From: Hyphomonadaceae bacterium | GTDB lineage: Bacteria; Pseudomonadota; Alphaproteobacteria; Caulobacterales; Aquidulcibacteraceae | Direction: 5' to 3' | DNA: 58,680 nucleotides | Assembly: GCA_040378245.1 (NCBI GenBank) | Contig: JBEINE010000001.1 | Location: 1-58,680, forward strand | In this document: positions 19,192 through 28,664 of the stretch, piece after piece | How the letters are laid out: each line of letters starts with the position of its first letter | How positions within the stretch are numbered: the first letter of the stretch is position 1 | Position numbers and translations under genes: made by a program | Notes under the pieces: generated by a model | The model's database searches: none | Seen by the model: only the letters and a program-made list of their open reading frames with translations | Told to the model about the DNA's origin: nothing

Positions 19192-20376
19192 ATGACTTCC
19201 CCATTTGGCCAACCGGCGTCGCAGCGAGATCCGGAATTTGCTGACATCCGCGAGGGTGTACAGCGATTGTGCAAAAAATATGATGGTGCCTATTGGCGCG
19301 AACTGGATGCGACACGCGCTTATCCGGAAGCCTTTGTATCCGAATTGACCGAGGCGGGTTACCTTAGCCTGATGATTCCAGAAGAATATGGCGGTTCGGG
19401 GCTAGGTGTGCGGGCAGCTTGCTCGGTGCTTGAAGAAATACAGAGCAGCGGGTGTAACGCATCGGCCTGTCATGCCCAGATGTACACGATGGGGACATTG
19501 ATGCGGCATGGCTCCGCAGAACAGAAAAACAGGTTCCTACCGTTAATTGCCTCAGGAAAGTTGCGCCTACAGGCTTTCGGTGTCACCGAACCAGACGCCG
19601 GTAGCGACACAACCCGGATCAAGACTACCGCAGTCCGCGACGGCGATCACTTTGTTGTCAATGGTGCCAAAATATGGACATCGCGGGCACAATATTCGGA
19701 TCTGATGATTTTGCTGGTGCGGACTACGCCGCGCGAACAGGCCCGATCCAGAACTGACGGACTGTCTGTTTTATTGGTCGATCTGGCCGAAAATGTCGGC
19801 AAGGGGATCGCTATTGATCCCATTCGGACGATGCTCAACCACTCGACCACTGCGCTATTCTTCGACAATCTGAAAGTGCCCGTCGATCGACTGATCGGTG
19901 AACAGGACCGTGGCTTTGGCTATATCATGGACGGGATGAATGCTGAACGGATATTGATTGCTTCGGAATGTATCGGTGATGCGCGATGGTTCATTAAAAA
20001 GGCATCGGCTTATGCGTCGCAGCGCGAAGTTTTCGGTCGACCGATAGGCCAAAATCAGGGCGTGCAATTTCCCATTGCCAAGGCGCATGTTCAGACTGAA
20101 GCGGCGGCTTTGATGGTCGATCGTGCCGCCCACATGTTTGATTCTGGTCTGAACTGTGGCTCTGAAGCAAATATGGCAAAATTGCTTGCATCCGAAGCGT
20201 CCTGGGCCGCAGCGGATACCTGCCTACAGACGCATGGCGGCTTTGGGTTTGCAGAGGAATATGATGTTGAAAGAAAATTTCGCGAAACCAGACTGTATCA
20301 AGTCGCACCTATCTCTACCAACCTGATCCTCAGCCATGTCGCGACACATGTCTTGGGCATGCCGAAGTCATTTTGA
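19192..20376 (+). CDS. Acyl-CoA dehydrogenase (type found in itaconate/methylsuccinate operons)
   Basis: HAQMYTMG, AFGVTEP..GSDT, GMNAERIL, RETRLYQVAPISTNLIL; AAGGA RBS before ATG 19192. Confidence 0.9.
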   Translation: MTSPFGQPASQRDPEFADIREGVQRLCKKYDGAYWRELDATRAYPEAFVSELTEAGYLSLMIPEEYGGSGLGVRAACSVLEEIQSSGCNASACHAQMYTMGTLMRHGSAEQKNRFLPLIASGKLRLQAFGVTEPDAGSDTTRIKTTAVRDGDHFVVNGAKIWTSRAQYSDLMILLVRTTPREQARSRTDGLSVLLVDLAENVGKGIAIDPIRTMLNHSTTALFFDNLKVPVDRLIGEQDRGFGYIMDGMNAERILIASECIGDARWFIKKASAYASQREVFGRPIGQNQGVQFPIAKAHVQTEAAALMVDRAAHMFDSGLNCGSEANMAKLLASEASWAAADTCLQTHGGFGFAEEYDVERKFRETRLYQVAPISTNLILSHVATHVLGMPKSF

Positions 20377-21506
20377 CAATGGCCAAGGGAGCGCTAGCTG
20401 GATTGAAAGTTGTGGCACTCGAACAGGCGGTGGCTGCACCTTATTGCACCAGCCGTCTTGCGGATGCTGGGGCGGAAGTCATCAAGATCGAGCGTGCGGA
20501 AGGCGATTTTGCGCGCAGTTATGATGCCGATGTGAAAGGCGAAAGCGCCTATTTTGTTTGGCTGAATCGCGGCAAAAAATCGGTCGTCCTTGATATCAAG
20601 AATGAAGATGATGCAGCGCTGCTGCACAAATTGATCGCTGACAGCGACATCTTTGTTCAAAATCTGGTACCGGGTGCAACCGAGCGGGCAGGATTCGGAT
20701 CGGCCGAGCTTTGCAGCATGCACCCGCGACTGATCGCCTGCGATATCTCAGGCTATGGACCGGGCGGCCCATATGAAGCCCGAAAGGCCTATGACCTGCT
20801 GATCCAATGTGAAACCGGATTGGCTTCGATAACCGGCACTCCTGATGCCCCAGGACGAGTGGGAATATCGGTATGCGACATCGCCTGTGGCATGTATGCC
20901 CATGCGGCGATCCTTGAAGCACTGGTCGCGCGTTCGGTCAGCGGGCAAGGTCGGCATATCCAGATTTCGCTATTCGGTGCGATGGCCGACTGGATGACCG
21001 TGCCGTTGTTGCAATATGATTATGGCGGTCGGCCCGGTGTTCGTGTCGGTATCGCCCACGCGACGATTGCGCCATATGGCGCATTCACAAGCGCCGATGG
21101 CGTGCCCATTGTGCTTGGCATCCAAAACGTAAGGGAATGGGAGCGCTTTGCCAATTTTATATTGGCACGACCCGACATGGTCAGCGACCCAATGTTTGCA
21201 ACCAACAATGCGCGCGTTGCGAACCGCGGCGAGCTTGATGCAACGATAAATGCAATATTTGCTACTATGACGGCCGAAACCATTATGTTGCGATTGATAG
21301 ATGCTGACATTGCTCATGCTGCACTCAATGGCGTTGGCGGGCTATCCAGCCACCCCCAATTGAACCGCGTAACGGTCCAGACAGCAGCAGGCGCAATCGA
21401 CATGCCGGCGCCCGCGGGCGGCGGTGATAAGCTCGGTAATGTGCCCAAATTGGGCGAACATAGCCAGGAGGTTCGGTCGCGCTATATACCAGCAAGGCAC
21501 AGTTAA
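20373..21506 (+). CDS. CaiB/BaiF family III CoA-transferase (itaconate CoA-transferase-like)
   Basis: LEQAVAAPYC..LADAGAEVIKIER.EGDFAR.YD, FVWLNRGK, KAYDLLIQCE. Confidence 0.9.
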   Translation: MTMAKGALAGLKVVALEQAVAAPYCTSRLADAGAEVIKIERAEGDFARSYDADVKGESAYFVWLNRGKKSVVLDIKNEDDAALLHKLIADSDIFVQNLVPGATERAGFGSAELCSMHPRLIACDISGYGPGGPYEARKAYDLLIQCETGLASITGTPDAPGRVGISVCDIACGMYAHAAILEALVARSVSGQGRHIQISLFGAMADWMTVPLLQYDYGGRPGVRVGIAHATIAPYGAFTSADGVPIVLGIQNVREWERFANFILARPDMVSDPMFATNNARVANRGELDATINAIFATMTAETIMLRLIDADIAHAALNGVGGLSSHPQLNRVTVQTAAGAIDMPAPAGGGDKLGNVPKLGEHSQEVRSRYIPARHS

Positions 21507-21508
21507 TT

Positions 21509-22330
21509 ATGAAAACTGAGTCACCTTGGGCCGACTGGATTGGTCGCCAGGCAAGTGCGGTACAATATATTTCGCCGGAACCCTTGGCAGCTTTGGCAGC
21601 CACGCTTGACATGGAGCCCCCTGCCCAAGGTGCACCGTTGCCCATTTGTGGGCACTGGGTCTATTTTGCTTCCTGCGTCAGGGCTTCGCAACTTGGCCTT
21701 GACGGACATCCCAGGCTTGGCGACTTAATGCCCCCATCACCGCTGCCGCGCCGGATGTTTGCGGCATCACGCATTGAACGCCTTGCTCCCATGCACCCAG
21801 GTGAGACAATTCGAAAGACGACACGCATTGCCAGTGTCATCGAAAAAAATGGCAAGTCAGGCAAATTGCTTTTTGTTGAATTAGAGAATGTATATTCCCG
21901 CGACGGTGATTATTTGCTTCGTGAAAATCAAACGATTGTCTATCGCGGCGAACAAGAGCTCGAACCAACTGCCACATCCAATTCGGATCTGCTTGAAAAT
22001 TGGGACGGAGAATCCTTGACCATCACTCCAGACCCCGTTTTGCTTTTTCGCTTTTCGGCTCTGACGTTCAATAGCCATCGCATTCATTACGACCATGATT
22101 ATGCCTGCAATGTCGAAGGCTATCGCGGCCTGGTTGTCCAAGGTCCGTTAATCGCGACGCTCCTTGCCAACCGCGTGCAAGGGCAGCCTAAGCGCTTTAC
22201 CTTTAAAGCGGTCGCTCCGGCATTTTGCAATGATCCGCTGACGCTTCAATCCGTTGGTAGCGAATCCGTCCAGCTACGCGCGATCAGATCGGACGGACGA
22301 ATGGTCATGCAAGCGGAAGCAGGGCATTGA
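21509..22330 (+). CDS. MaoC/FAS1-like hydratase (itaconyl-CoA/mesaconyl-C4-CoA hydratase-like)
   Basis: LGLDGHP, LPRRMFA, LFRFSALTFNSHRIHYD, EGYRGLVVQGPL. Confidence 0.88.
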   Translation: MKTESPWADWIGRQASAVQYISPEPLAALAATLDMEPPAQGAPLPICGHWVYFASCVRASQLGLDGHPRLGDLMPPSPLPRRMFAASRIERLAPMHPGETIRKTTRIASVIEKNGKSGKLLFVELENVYSRDGDYLLRENQTIVYRGEQELEPTATSNSDLLENWDGESLTITPDPVLLFRFSALTFNSHRIHYDHDYACNVEGYRGLVVQGPLIATLLANRVQGQPKRFTFKAVAPAFCNDPLTLQSVGSESVQLRAIRSDGRMVMQAEAGH

Positions 22331-22346
22331 ACAGAAGGGCAGCGTT

Positions 22347-23159
22347 TCATCCCCCGCTAAAACGGGGCGGTCGCCGCTCGGTTAGCGCCTGTAGGGCTTC
22401 TTTGTGATCCTCTGTTTTCAAGGTGAGTAGATCATAGGCCAGAGACGCTTCAAAAGCTCCGGCCATCAATTGCTTCAACATGACATTGACGCTTGATTTG
22501 GCATAGCTGATCGCAAGCGGTGAACCTTGTGCAAGCCGGTTAGCAAGAGTTTCAACAGCCACATCAAGTGCATCGTCCGGAAAACATCTATTAACCAGCC
22601 CGATCGCTGCCGCTTCAGCGCCGCTTAGCGCGTCGCCGGTCATCAGATACTCCTTGGCACGGTGAAACCCGATCAGCAAAGGCCACAATACGGCACCGCC
22701 GTCGCCTGGTGCGATCCCGGCGCGGACGTGTGAGTCGCATAATTTGGCGGTCTCGGAGACATAGACCACATCAGCAGCGAGCGCCAGATTGACCCCAAGG
22801 CCATAGGCCGGACCGCGGACTTTGGCGATGATTGGCTTTTCACAATCAAGCATTGAATAGAAAAGCCGCTTCACACCGCGCGTCGGTGGCGTTCCAGGCC
22901 TGCCCTGGCTTGCCTCATTCGACAGATTGCTCATATCCGCGCCTGCGCAAAACGCGTCGCCCTGGCCAGTGAGAATAATCACATTAATCTCTTCATCTGC
23001 CCAAGCGTCGTCGAAAATATACTCGAGCTCACCCTGCATTTGCGGCGTTAGCGCATTCTTCTTGCCAGGATTGGATAGCGTAATGGTCAGGACCCGCCGT
23101 TCCCGATCACGTTCGAGAATCAGATGTTCATAACGCGAATAGTCCCCGCTTATTATCAT
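22347..23159 (-). CDS. Enoyl-CoA hydratase/isomerase
   Basis: FCAGAD, GLGVNLALAAD, DSHVRAGIAPGDGG; true start ATG 23159 (the ORF-track extension overlaps the ligase). Confidence 0.9.
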   Translation of the reverse strand: MIISGDYSRYEHLILERDRERRVLTITLSNPGKKNALTPQMQGELEYIFDDAWADEEINVIILTGQGDAFCAGADMSNLSNEASQGRPGTPPTRGVKRLFYSMLDCEKPIIAKVRGPAYGLGVNLALAADVVYVSETAKLCDSHVRAGIAPGDGGAVLWPLLIGFHRAKEYLMTGDALSGAEAAAIGLVNRCFPDDALDVAVETLANRLAQGSPLAISYAKSSVNVMLKQLMAGAFEASLAYDLLTLKTEDHKEALQALTERRPPRFSGG

Positions 23160-23175
23160 GTGCTGACCCTTCTCA

Positions 23176-24798
23176 TTAGGCTGATGCTCCAGACTTGTCT
23201 TGTAGCAGCTTGCGGAGGGCAAATTTTTGAATTTTGCCTGACGCAGTGCGCGGAAAATCTTCGACTTCGACCAGCTTTTCGGGTGTCTTATGGCGGGCCA
23301 CCTGGCTCGACGCAAAATGGGCTTGCACCATTTCAAGTGTAAGCGCCTGCTTTGCGCGCAACCGAACAAAGGCGCATATCCGTTCGCCCAACATGGGGTC
23401 GGGCGCGGCGATGACGGCTGCTTCAGCAACCGGGTCAAGCTTGGCCAGAATTTCTTCAACCTCTTTCGAGGAGATGTTTTCGCCGCCCCTAATGATGATA
23501 TCTTTTTTACGATCGGTAACCGTCACATAGCCATCGGCATCGAGGCGGCCAATATCACCGCTGCGATACCAGCCGCCAGAAAGATAGGCTTCCTGGTTCA
23601 ATTCAAGGTCGGTATAGCCGACAAACATGCCCGGACCGCGCGAAACAATCTCCCCGGCTTCTCCGACAGGCAAGTCATTGCCATCATCATCAACGATCCG
23701 CACCTCATTTCCATAGGTAACCGCACCATCGGTAAAGGCGCGTTTTTCAAAGGGTGCGCCGAGCAGCGATGTGGAGACCACCGGGTGTTCACTTGACCCA
23801 TAGCCTCGTCCGCTTTCGAAGCCGCGCTCCTGCGCGAGGCGGATATGATCAGGCGCAACACTGGCTCCTCCTACACCGAAAAACTGGATTGAGGACAGAT
23901 CATACCCCCCGGATTCACTCACCTCCAATAACTTCAACAGGAACACCGGCGTTGCGCTGATTTCGCGGACCTGCTCCGCAGCAATGATCGATGCCGCCGT
24001 CTCGGGCACCCATTGATCCATGAATATCTGCGACACGCCCAACAGGAACGGGCGCAGAAGGTACAAAAGCCCGCCGATATGGCCGGTTGGCAACAGATTG
24101 AGAAATAGCCCCCGATCGTGAAACAGTGGGGAGCGCAGGTCGGCTAACAAACTATTATGCGTATGCTGAACCCCTTTGGGATCAGAGGTGGTTCCAGATG
24201 TGTAGATGATCACGCAAACCGAATCTGGATCGACACTCGGCAATGCTCTGTCATTGGCTTTGCCGACAATGGCAAGTTCGGCCAGGCTGGTGGTGCCAGC
24301 AACCGCCGCCTCACCGGCAATGACGATGTGCTCAACCCCGGGCAACGCCGCAAAATGGCCGACACGCGCAAGATAATCTGTCGAACGCAAGCGATCAGGC
24401 ATGATCAAAACGCGTGCTTTGGATTGGGTGAGGATGAATTCAATCTCACGGACGCCGAAAGCCGGGAGGGCGGGAACAATCGTCGCTCCGATGGAGAGAA
24501 GCGCCAGATAGGTTGCGGCGGTATCCAACGCCAACGGCATTTGGATGACAACGGCATTCCCCGGGCCAATACCAATCGACTGAAAACCTCGCGCAATATC
24601 GGTTGCGTGCGCCCATATGTTACCGATTTTTGTCCACTCAAGCCCCCGAGCATTATGGAAACCAATTCTGACATCGGCAAATTGGCACGTGGTCAGCTGC
24701 AGCTTGTCACCGAAACTGGAAGCCGCAAAATGGCCTTCTGCATACCAGCGCTGATGAAGCCGTTGGCGGTCAGCAGAGATTTCTTCAAGTGTCAGCAT
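23176..24798 (-). CDS. AMP-dependent acyl-CoA synthetase (cyclohexanecarboxylate-CoA ligase-like)
   Basis: YTSGTTSDPKG, YGSSE, SGDIG, RKKDIIIRGGENIS, TASGKIQK. Confidence 0.92.
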   Translation of the reverse strand: MLTLEEISADRQRLHQRWYAEGHFAASSFGDKLQLTTCQFADVRIGFHNARGLEWTKIGNIWAHATDIARGFQSIGIGPGNAVVIQMPLALDTAATYLALLSIGATIVPALPAFGVREIEFILTQSKARVLIMPDRLRSTDYLARVGHFAALPGVEHIVIAGEAAVAGTTSLAELAIVGKANDRALPSVDPDSVCVIIYTSGTTSDPKGVQHTHNSLLADLRSPLFHDRGLFLNLLPTGHIGGLLYLLRPFLLGVSQIFMDQWVPETAASIIAAEQVREISATPVFLLKLLEVSESGGYDLSSIQFFGVGGASVAPDHIRLAQERGFESGRGYGSSEHPVVSTSLLGAPFEKRAFTDGAVTYGNEVRIVDDDGNDLPVGEAGEIVSRGPGMFVGYTDLELNQEAYLSGGWYRSGDIGRLDADGYVTVTDRKKDIIIRGGENISSKEVEEILAKLDPVAEAAVIAAPDPMLGERICAFVRLRAKQALTLEMVQAHFASSQVARHKTPEKLVEVEDFPRTASGKIQKFALRKLLQDKSGASA

Positions 24799-24800
24799 GA

Positions 24801-25628
24801 TTAAACATCCTGTGGTTCGCAGTTGGCGTTGAAGCGGGCGATATCCAGATTCCCGCAGCGCAAGCGCCCGCGCGTCGCTCGTCGCTGTGTACCGAGGTCG
24901 CTGAACATAACGGCGACATCTGCTCTGGCATGTGCCGGCGAGTAGAAATCGAGTGTTACCGACCGCAGGGTAACCGCAGGCATTTTGGTTCGGTGCCCCA
25001 ATGCCACCAAGGAAAGCAGCAGCCCGCCATGCGCGATGCCGAGCAGATTGCAGTGCCGCGGCTCGATCACAAGCGACAACGCACCATCCCCGTCAGATTG
25101 CAAAGGTCCGATCAAAGATAGAAAATCCTTGGCCGCCGAGCTTGTTTGCGCATTGTTTGCATCGAATTCGTCGCCAATCGGGTCTGCGGTCAGCTTGGTC
25201 CGGACCCATATACCATGGAACGACAGCAAGGGCTGGCCATCGCTGTCGATCATGCCTTCGACCAACAGGCGTCGATGGTCATCGCGGGTTACGGCCCCAC
25301 GCGCGACCAACTCCTCACCGATAGCTGGTAAGCTTATTATATCCGCGCCAAAACTGGCCGTGACAATCGTTTCCGTTCCTCGTGCGCGGCGGTCGGCATA
25401 ACGATCCTCCGATGCGTGATTGGCGAACACAAACATGGCAAAGTCAGCAAAAGCGAGCATGGCGGCCGCATCGACGAGATCATCGACACCGCGGTGCCGG
25501 GCATCGGTTTGCAGTCGACAAAATAACCCGCGTTCATCGCATTCCACCTGATAAGGGCCAGCCAACTTTTCAAATGGCACGGCCATAACAGCAGGTGGTG
25601 TCGCAATATCAGCTGCCTCCACACTCAT
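24801..25628 (-). CDS. Tandem hotdog-fold (PaaI-like) thioesterase
   Basis: HCNLLGIAHGG in the C-terminal domain; degenerate first hotdog (MLAFADFAM). Confidence 0.7.
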   Translation of the reverse strand: MSVEAADIATPPAVMAVPFEKLAGPYQVECDERGLFCRLQTDARHRGVDDLVDAAAMLAFADFAMFVFANHASEDRYADRRARGTETIVTASFGADIISLPAIGEELVARGAVTRDDHRRLLVEGMIDSDGQPLLSFHGIWVRTKLTADPIGDEFDANNAQTSSAAKDFLSLIGPLQSDGDGALSLVIEPRHCNLLGIAHGGLLLSLVALGHRTKMPAVTLRSVTLDFYSPAHARADVAVMFSDLGTQRRATRGRLRCGNLDIARFNANCEPQDV

Positions 25629-26881
25629 GCTGTGCCCGCCAATTCCAGTACCGCTTCGTAAAGCACCGCACAGGCGACCTCTGCCTGATCAGAGGTGATC
25701 GATTCGGCTTCGTTATGACTGACCCCGCCAAGGCAGGGGATGAACAGCATCGCCGCAGGCGCAATCGTCCCCAGGCATTGTGCGTCATGCCCGGCACCGG
25801 AAACCATGTCGATATATGGAAAGCCGAGCATGTCTGCTTTGTTACGCAAGATTTGCTGAGCTTTGGGATCAAAAGGAACCGGATCAGCCTTCCAGAACAG
25901 AGTGATTTCAATGGTAATGCCGCGCCGTTCAGCGATGCGAGCGCCCGTTTCCCGCACCAACGTCTCCATCGCATCAAGCACATCATTGTCGGGGTGTCGT
26001 AAATCCCCACTGATGTCGACGCGACCGGGCACAACATTGCGCGATCCCGGATGGGGCGTGAATGTGCCCACCGTTCCGCGACCGTCGGGCGCATATTGCA
26101 GGGCAGCAGCCTCAAATGCCAGCGCAAGTTCGGCGGCTCCCATCAAGGCATCATGACGCAAAGGCATTGGGGTAGGCCCGGCATGGGTTTCAGCGCCCGT
26201 AATGCGTATGTCGTACCAGCGGATGCCCTGGACGCCCGATACGATACCAAGAGGCAGCGCGGCATCTTCAAGGACGGGCCCTTGCTCGATATGGATCTCC
26301 AGATAAGTCGCAATCGACAGCGCATCGCGCTGCGGCAGCGTCTTCTGCAGGGGATCAGTCGCCAATTCAGCGCCTACACTGATCCCGTCATTGTCTTTCG
26401 CAGCGAGCATATCAGCAAGCGGTAAGCGGCCCGTGTAAACGCTGGACCCCATGAGTGCCGGCTGGAAGCGCGTGCCTTCTTCATTTGCCCAGCAAACAAT
26501 CTCGATACCGGCCTGAGTTTGCACATCACAGTCGTTCAGCGCCCGGACGACTTCCAGACCGCTCATGACCCCATAGGCACCGTCAAATCGGCCGCCGGTT
26601 GGCTGGGAATCGAGGTGCGAGCCGATCATGATCAATGGCGCTGAAGGATCGCGGCCAACCCGCCGCGCGAAGATATTGCCAATCGCATCGATCGCAACCT
26701 GAAGCCCCGCCTGTTCGCAAAGGCCGATGAAGAAACTGCGGCCCTGCCGATCTTCGTCGCTATAGGCCAATCGGCACACGCCTCCCTTCGGCGTAGCGCC
26801 GATACGCGCCAAGTCCATCAGGCTTTGCCAAAGCCGCTGGGGGGAGATCGCTTTGCTCTGGTTGGCTTTGGGCGCGTTCAT
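25625..26881 (-). CDS. M20 Zn-dependent N-carbamoyl-amino acid amidohydrolase (beta-ureidopropionase/allantoate amidohydrolase family)
   Basis: GSHLDSQPTGGRFDG, NEEG.RF, EIHIEQGP, HAGPTPM, SGAGHDA, SHNEAE. Confidence 0.93.
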   Translation of the reverse strand: MNAPKANQSKAISPQRLWQSLMDLARIGATPKGGVCRLAYSDEDRQGRSFFIGLCEQAGLQVAIDAIGNIFARRVGRDPSAPLIMIGSHLDSQPTGGRFDGAYGVMSGLEVVRALNDCDVQTQAGIEIVCWANEEGTRFQPALMGSSVYTGRLPLADMLAAKDNDGISVGAELATDPLQKTLPQRDALSIATYLEIHIEQGPVLEDAALPLGIVSGVQGIRWYDIRITGAETHAGPTPMPLRHDALMGAAELALAFEAAALQYAPDGRGTVGTFTPHPGSRNVVPGRVDISGDLRHPDNDVLDAMETLVRETGARIAERRGITIEITLFWKADPVPFDPKAQQILRNKADMLGFPYIDMVSGAGHDAQCLGTIAPAAMLFIPCLGGVSHNEAESITSDQAEVACAVLYEAVLELAGTA

Positions 26882-26923
26882 TCTGTAATCCTCAAACCGG
26901 AAAAACCTGTGGCATCATGATAT

Positions 26924-26942
26924 AACTGGCACATCATCAGTT
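26924..26942. promoter_or_regulatory. Island operator copy AACTGGCACATCATCAGTT
   Basis: Palindrome in the divergent carbamoylase/ALDH promoter region. Confidence 0.8.
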
Positions 26943-27032
26943 TTATGTCTATGCCCTAGTTGAATGATGCTCTGGCGAATTCAGGCTTCAACTGTGGCGC
27001 ACCAGGCAAGAATGCGAAAGGCAAAGCGGGAA

Positions 27033-28505
27033 ATGGAAAAATATCAAATGCTGATTGGCGGCCAATGGCGCGGCTCTTCATCAAACGATTGGTTTGAAAC
27101 GATCAACCCCTATTCCGGCGAAAGCTGGGCTTTGATTCCAAATGGTACGGCGACGGATGTCGATGCCGCCGTTCAGGCCGCCTATGCCGCTTTTAAGCAC
27201 GGCACGTGGGCGACAAGCAAACCAAGTGCACGCGGACGATTGCTGTGCCGCTTGGCAGATATCATTTTGGAGCATGCGGACAAACTGGCCCGGCTCGAAG
27301 TTCGGGACAATGGTAAGCTTTTTGCCGAAATGAGCGGGCAGGTAAAATATCTGGCCGAATGGTATCGTTATTATGGGGGCTATTGCGACAAGATCGAAGG
27401 CACCGTCATACCAAGCGACAAGGAACAAATATTCAACTTCACCCGGCACGAACCGCTTGGGGTTATTGCCTGCATTACTCCGTGGAACTCTCCTCTGTTA
27501 CTGCTGGCGTGGAAATTGGCTCCGGCATTGGCCGCCGGCAATACGGCTGTGATCAAGCCATCCGAATATACATCGGCCTCAACGCTGGCATTTGCGCGGC
27601 TATTCGCCGAGGCAGGCTTTCCTGACGGTGTCGTCAATGTCGTGACCGGATTCGGAGCGAGTGTAGGCTTGCCTCTGGTGCAGCACACTTTGGTTGCCAA
27701 AATTGCGTTTACGGGTTCCGACTCTACCGGCCAGGCTATTTATGCCGAAGCGGCCCGGCAGCTGAAAACTGTCACATTGGAACTGGGCGGAAAATCGCCC
27801 AATATCATTTTTGCCGACGCCAATATAGACAATGCAGTCAATGGAGCGATTTCGGGAATTTTTGCGGCAAGTGGACAGACCTGCATCGCCGGATCCCGGT
27901 TACTCTTGCAGCGATCGATCCATGACGAGGTGGTAGACCGTATCGCCGACTTTGCCGCTAGTGCGATCATTGGTGATCCGATGCAACCGTCCACCCAGGT
28001 TGGCCCGGTCACCACGCCCGATCAGTTCCAGAAAGTGATGCATTACATCAATATCGCTCAGGAGGAAGGCGCGACCTGTCGCCTGGGTGGCCACAGCATT
28101 GACTCGCTTCCGGGCGGACAATTTGTTGCGCCGACCATGTTCACCGGCGTCCACAACAAGATGCGTATCGCACAGGAAGAAGTGTTCGGACCGGTGCTGG
28201 CGGTTATCCCCTTTGACGATGAAGAGGAAGCCGTAGCGATTGCGAACGACAGCCCCTATGGTTTGGCCGCTGGCGTATGGACGAAGGACATGGCGCTCGC
28301 GCTGCGGATGAGCGAGCGGCTAGAAGCCGGGACGGTGTGGATCAACACCTACCGCGCCGTCAGTTTCACGTCGCCCTTTGGCGGTTACAAGCGTAGCGGG
28401 ATCGGGCGGGAAAGCGGGATTGAGGCCATGAACCACTTTCTTCAGACCAAATCGGTCTGGATCAACATGGCCGATCGGGTCGACAATCCGTTTATCCTGC
28501 GCTGA
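27033..28505 (+). CDS. Aldehyde dehydrogenase (DhaS/betaine-aldehyde-like)
   Basis: PWNSP, FTGS, LELGGKSP, GQTCIAGSR, EEVFGP. Confidence 0.95.
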   Translation: MEKYQMLIGGQWRGSSSNDWFETINPYSGESWALIPNGTATDVDAAVQAAYAAFKHGTWATSKPSARGRLLCRLADIILEHADKLARLEVRDNGKLFAEMSGQVKYLAEWYRYYGGYCDKIEGTVIPSDKEQIFNFTRHEPLGVIACITPWNSPLLLLAWKLAPALAAGNTAVIKPSEYTSASTLAFARLFAEAGFPDGVVNVVTGFGASVGLPLVQHTLVAKIAFTGSDSTGQAIYAEAARQLKTVTLELGGKSPNIIFADANIDNAVNGAISGIFAASGQTCIAGSRLLLQRSIHDEVVDRIADFAASAIIGDPMQPSTQVGPVTTPDQFQKVMHYINIAQEEGATCRLGGHSIDSLPGGQFVAPTMFTGVHNKMRIAQEEVFGPVLAVIPFDDEEEAVAIANDSPYGLAAGVWTKDMALALRMSERLEAGTVWINTYRAVSFTSPFGGYKRSGIGRESGIEAMNHFLQTKSVWINMADRVDNPFILR

Positions 28506-28620
28506 GGCGGGATGTTTCGCGACTTTTAGTGATGGCAAGGGCTAACGCAATCGACGGCTGCTTCGGCACCCCGTCCATCTGCTGCAGCAAATTTGGATAA
28601 CTCGTCCGGTGTCGCGCTCC

Positions 28621-28651
28621 GCGATCCAGCCCTTGCAGAAGGCTGGATCGC
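28621..28651. terminator. Stem-loop between convergent genes (probable terminator)
   Basis: GCGATCCAGCC-N9-GGCTGGATCGC, perfect 11-bp stem; no clear U-tract. Confidence 0.6.
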
Positions 28652-28664
28652 AGTAAGCCTTCGG

